Positions 60,880 through 64,000 of a DNA stretch of 64,000 nt are shown piece after piece. The number at the start of each line of letters is the position of its first letter. The stretch's first letter is position 1. The stretch comes from an uncultured Flavobacteriaceae bacterium (GTDB taxonomy: Bacteria; Bacteroidota; Bacteroidia; Flavobacteriales; Flavobacteriaceae). The stretch lies in NCBI GenBank assembly GCA_963805885.1, contig CAWDWC010000007.1:16732-80731 (forward strand), read 5' to 3'. Under the pieces are notes generated by a model that saw nothing but the letters and a program-made list of their open reading frames with translations, was not told the DNA's origin and made no database searches. Made by a program: the position numbers and the translations under genes.

Positions 60880-61375
60880 TATAATTATAAACATAGTTCG
60901 GTTTATTGTACTTGTTTTTCTTCAAGTATTGATGCTCAACAACATAAATCTTGCAGGATACATAAACCCTTATTTATATATCTTTTTTATTTTGATGTAT
61001 CCTTTAGCCGGAAACAAGGGACTTTTAATTTTTCTTAGCTTTCTTTTGGGTCTTTCCATAGATATTTTTGAAGATTCTGGAGGTGTGCATGCCGCTGCTT
61101 GTGCATTCATCGCATACATTCGTCCTGTAGTTTTGAAGTATTCCTTCGGTGTTAGTTATGAATATAACAGTGTAAAAATTAGAAAAGCCGATCCTATGGA
61201 AAGGTTCACCTATATTGCTTCTTTGGTTTTTATGCACCATTTTGTGATGTTCTCTTTAGAAATTTTTAGCTTTAAACATATATTATTACTGTTGAAAAGC
61301 ACCTTTTTCTCTGGAGTGTTTACTATAATTGTAATTGTTTGCACAATGATTCTTTTCAATAGAAAATCTACATGA
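60866..61375 (+). CDS. mreD: Rod shape-determining protein MreD
   Basis: Hydrophobic protein with F.LGL.IDIF...GG.HA; lies between mreC and mrdA. Confidence 0.9.
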   Translation: MKNNDIIINIVRFIVLVFLQVLMLNNINLAGYINPYLYIFFILMYPLAGNKGLLIFLSFLLGLSIDIFEDSGGVHAAACAFIAYIRPVVLKYSFGVSYEYNSVKIRKADPMERFTYIASLVFMHHFVMFSLEIFSFKHILLLLKSTFFSGVFTIIVIVCTMILFNRKST

Positions 61376-63237
61376 GAAAAGTTGTACTTATAGCATTAGT
61401 TTTGTTTGCCGGCTTACTCTTTACAGCCCGGCTCTTCTATTTGCAGGTTTATGATGCCTCTTCCGATTCTCTTTCAGAAAATAGCGCCATAAAAGTAATG
61501 TATGATTATCCACAACGGGGCTATATGTTTGACCGCAACGGAAAACTTTTGGTATCAAACCAGCCTTCATATGATGTAATGGTAATTCCGCGTGACGTAA
61601 AGCCACTCGATACGCTGGAGTTTTGCGGTTTGTTGAAAATAACCAAAGAAGAGTTTAAAGAAATTCTTCAAAAAGCGCGAACCTATTCCCCACGATTGCC
61701 ATCAGTTGTAATTCCACAATTGAACAAGGCAGATTATGCTTCCCTCTCAGAAAAAATGTATAAATATGAAGGGTTTTACATTCAGCGCCGTTCCCTTCGC
61801 GAATATCAGGTTGACCATTCGGCAAACGTAATGGGTTACATTGCGGAAGTGAACAACGCCATAATCGAAAAAAATCCATACTACCAAATGGGTGAGCTTA
61901 TTGGCACCGCAGGGGTAGAAAAGGAATATGAAGATGTGCTTCGCGGCGTAAAAGGTGTAAAATATATTCAGAAAGATCGTTTCAATAGAGACATTGGCCC
62001 CTATAAAGATGGTATTTTTGACACCTTGCCACAGCGTGGAAATGATATTCAATTGACCATCGATGCCACACTCCAAAAATATGGTGAGGAATTGATGATT
62101 CATAAAAGAGGAGGTATTGTGGCTATTGATCCGTCCAGTGGAGAAATATTAACCCTTATTACCGCACCTAGTTATGACCCTTCTTTATTGGTAGGCCGCG
62201 ATCGCTCCAAAAATTTCACGAAATTATGGTATGATACTATTGCAAAACCACTTTATGATCGAGTTTTGATGGGTGAGTATCCGCCTGGTTCGCCGTTTAA
62301 AACGTTGATAGCTTTGATCGGGTTACAGGAAAAGGCTGTGGATACTCTCGATAAGTTCTATTGCTATCGTGGCTTTCGATACGGGAATAGAACTTTGGGA
62401 TGTCACAACCACCCTACTCCACTTGCAATGGTTGGTGGTATCGCCAATAGCTGCAACGCCTATTTCTGTAATGTGTATAAAAGAATTATTGACAAATACC
62501 CTACACCCCAGGAAGGAATTGATGCATGGCGAAAGGATCTTCTAAGTTTTGGTCTTGGTAATTTTTTAGGATATGATCTTCCCAGTGGAAAAAAAGGCAA
62601 TATTCCTACTTCAAAATATTACAATAAAATACACGACTTTCCCACACATAACTGGTCTTCCTTGGCCACTATTTCAAACGCTATTGGGCAGGGTGAAGTA
62701 TTGCTGACCCCGATGCAGATGGCCAATTTTACCGCGGCCATAGCAAACAGAGGTTATTATTATACTCCCCATATTATCAAAAACGTTATTGGGCCGGATA
62801 CTATTCCTAAAAAATTTAAGGAAAAACATTATACCACTGTTGAACCTGAAAATTTTAAACCCGTAGTTGAAGGAATGTACCAAGTTTATCAACGCGGAAC
62901 GGCTTCCTCAATACAAATTCCAGGAATAGCCATTTGTGGAAAAACCGGTACGGCAGAAAATTTCACTAAAATTAACGGCAAACGTGTTCAGCTTACCGAC
63001 CACTCTATTTTTGTTGCCTTTGCCCCAAAGGACAACCCTAAAATAGCCATTGCTGTTTTTGTTGAAAACGGTTATTGGGGATCGCGTTGGGCGGGGCGAA
63101 TTGCTGGACTTATGATTGAAAAATATCTAAAAGGCGAAATAACCCGAACCGATATGGAAAAATATGTGCTAGAGGGAAGCTTGGAAGCAGAATACGCCAA
63201 ACCTTATAGCGGTCAACCTTTTACAATAAACCACTGA
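61372..63237 (+). CDS. mrdA: Penicillin-binding protein 2
   Basis: RG...DRNG, PPGSPFK (SxxK), SCN (SxN) and KTGTAE (KTG). Confidence 0.95.
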   Translation: MRKVVLIALVLFAGLLFTARLFYLQVYDASSDSLSENSAIKVMYDYPQRGYMFDRNGKLLVSNQPSYDVMVIPRDVKPLDTLEFCGLLKITKEEFKEILQKARTYSPRLPSVVIPQLNKADYASLSEKMYKYEGFYIQRRSLREYQVDHSANVMGYIAEVNNAIIEKNPYYQMGELIGTAGVEKEYEDVLRGVKGVKYIQKDRFNRDIGPYKDGIFDTLPQRGNDIQLTIDATLQKYGEELMIHKRGGIVAIDPSSGEILTLITAPSYDPSLLVGRDRSKNFTKLWYDTIAKPLYDRVLMGEYPPGSPFKTLIALIGLQEKAVDTLDKFYCYRGFRYGNRTLGCHNHPTPLAMVGGIANSCNAYFCNVYKRIIDKYPTPQEGIDAWRKDLLSFGLGNFLGYDLPSGKKGNIPTSKYYNKIHDFPTHNWSSLATISNAIGQGEVLLTPMQMANFTAAIANRGYYYTPHIIKNVIGPDTIPKKFKEKHYTTVEPENFKPVVEGMYQVYQRGTASSIQIPGIAICGKTGTAENFTKINGKRVQLTDHSIFVAFAPKDNPKIAIAVFVENGYWGSRWAGRIAGLMIEKYLKGEITRTDMEKYVLEGSLEAEYAKPYSGQPFTINH

Positions 63238-64000
63238 TGACCGGAAGCAAGAGTTACGTACGTTTTGATTGGTTAATAATTTTTATTTACATCGCCTTGG
63301 TCGCTATGGGATGGGTTAATATCTATTCTGCCTCTTTAAACGATTCCGCAAAAGGCTTTTGGGATTTTGACCAAATATACGCTCGTCAATTTATGTTTAT
63401 TTGTTTCAGCTTAATTCTTATTATTTTTTTACTTGCTATTGAATCAAAATTTTATGAAAGGTTTGCAAGTGTTTTTTATATAATTTCACTGGTATCCTTA
63501 TTAGGTCTTTTTGTTTTTGGAAAAAATATATCTGGAGCCACTTCCTGGTATGGCTTTGGAAGTTTTAGCCTCCAACCAAGTGAATTTGCCAAAGCTGCCA
63601 CTGCATTAGCGCTTGCTAAATACGTAAGCGATATTCAAACGAACATGCAGGATTTAAAGAACCAAATTGGGGCTTTCATTATTCTTGCTTTGCCAGCGTT
63701 ATTTATAATTCCACAGCCTGATCCCGGTAGTGCCTTAATTTATGCAGCATTTGTGTTTCCTTTATATCGTGAAGGACTTCACGGAGTTTATCTGTTATTT
63801 GGTCTTTTCGCAACTATTCTTTTTGTATCCACACTTGCTTTTGGAACACTTTGGGTTGCCATAGGGGTTGTGTTAATAGGTGGGATTATCTTTTTTAGAA
63901 ACAGAAAAAAACGTCCAAATATTTTAAAATATATTTTAATTGCAGCTACAAGTATTGTTTTTGCCCTATCAGTCAGTTATATTTTCAATAACGTTTTTGA
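63237..64000 (+). CDS. rodA: Rod shape-determining protein RodA, 5' part (runs off window)
   Basis: Not in the ORF track. ATG overlaps the mrdA stop; translation MTGSKSYVRFDWLIIFIYIALVAMGWVNIYSAS...GATSW...QPSEFAK...QPDPGSA matches the SEDS family. Confidence 0.93.
   Translation, partial: MTGSKSYVRFDWLIIFIYIALVAMGWVNIYSASLNDSAKGFWDFDQIYARQFMFICFSLILIIFLLAIESKFYERFASVFYIISLVSLLGLFVFGKNISGATSWYGFGSFSLQPSEFAKAATALALAKYVSDIQTNMQDLKNQIGAFIILALPALFIIPQPDPGSALIYAAFVFPLYREGLHGVYLLFGLFATILFVSTLAFGTLWVAIGVVLIGGIIFFRNRKKRPNILKYILIAATSIVFALSVSYIFNNVF

Noticed and set aside
290-62892. The many 60-140 aa ORFs overlapping larger genes on the opposite strand or in another frame
   Set aside because: They are shadow ORFs of well-supported genes, with no motifs or independent expression signals.
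1-64000. rRNA, tRNA, transposase, integrase, prophage or defence genes
   Set aside because: None was recognisable by eye. A small structured RNA could still be missed without a covariance-model search.

Overview
AT-rich Bacteroidota chromosome segment, typical of Flavobacteriaceae (an Aequorivita-like organism is plausible but not proven). Support: TAnnTTTG promoters, a short RpoD lacking region 1.1, PorT, five T9SS cargo proteins, SusC/SusD and XrtF. The backbone is housekeeping: apaG, pruA, rsmG, desaturase, aminotransferase, trkAH, menG/ubiE, porT, tamL, fbaA, accD, rpsO, pnp, proCBA, rpoD, rpe, ypdA, purH, mreBCD-mrdA-rodA. I saw no rRNA, tRNA, CRISPR, transposase or phage genes. Best leads: (1) a five-gene cluster at 2.8-9.4 kb in which every product is exported and carries a cysteine pair, a candidate thiol-disulfide relay across the outer membrane; (2) a Cys-rich metal-handling locus whose small HYC_CC_PP gene has a PPP motif and whose stop codon can base-pair with the start region of the downstream TonB-dependent receptor, a candidate metal-sensing leader gene; (3) a structured CAA-rich pnp leader; (4) an uncalled 34-aa Lys/Pro-rich ORF with its own expression signals; (5) a purT remnant. 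Two blocks (27.3-33.2 kb and 45.4-48.7 kb) are dense in frameshifts that look like consensus artefacts rather than biology. All family assignments come from motif recognition by eye; no database search was run.
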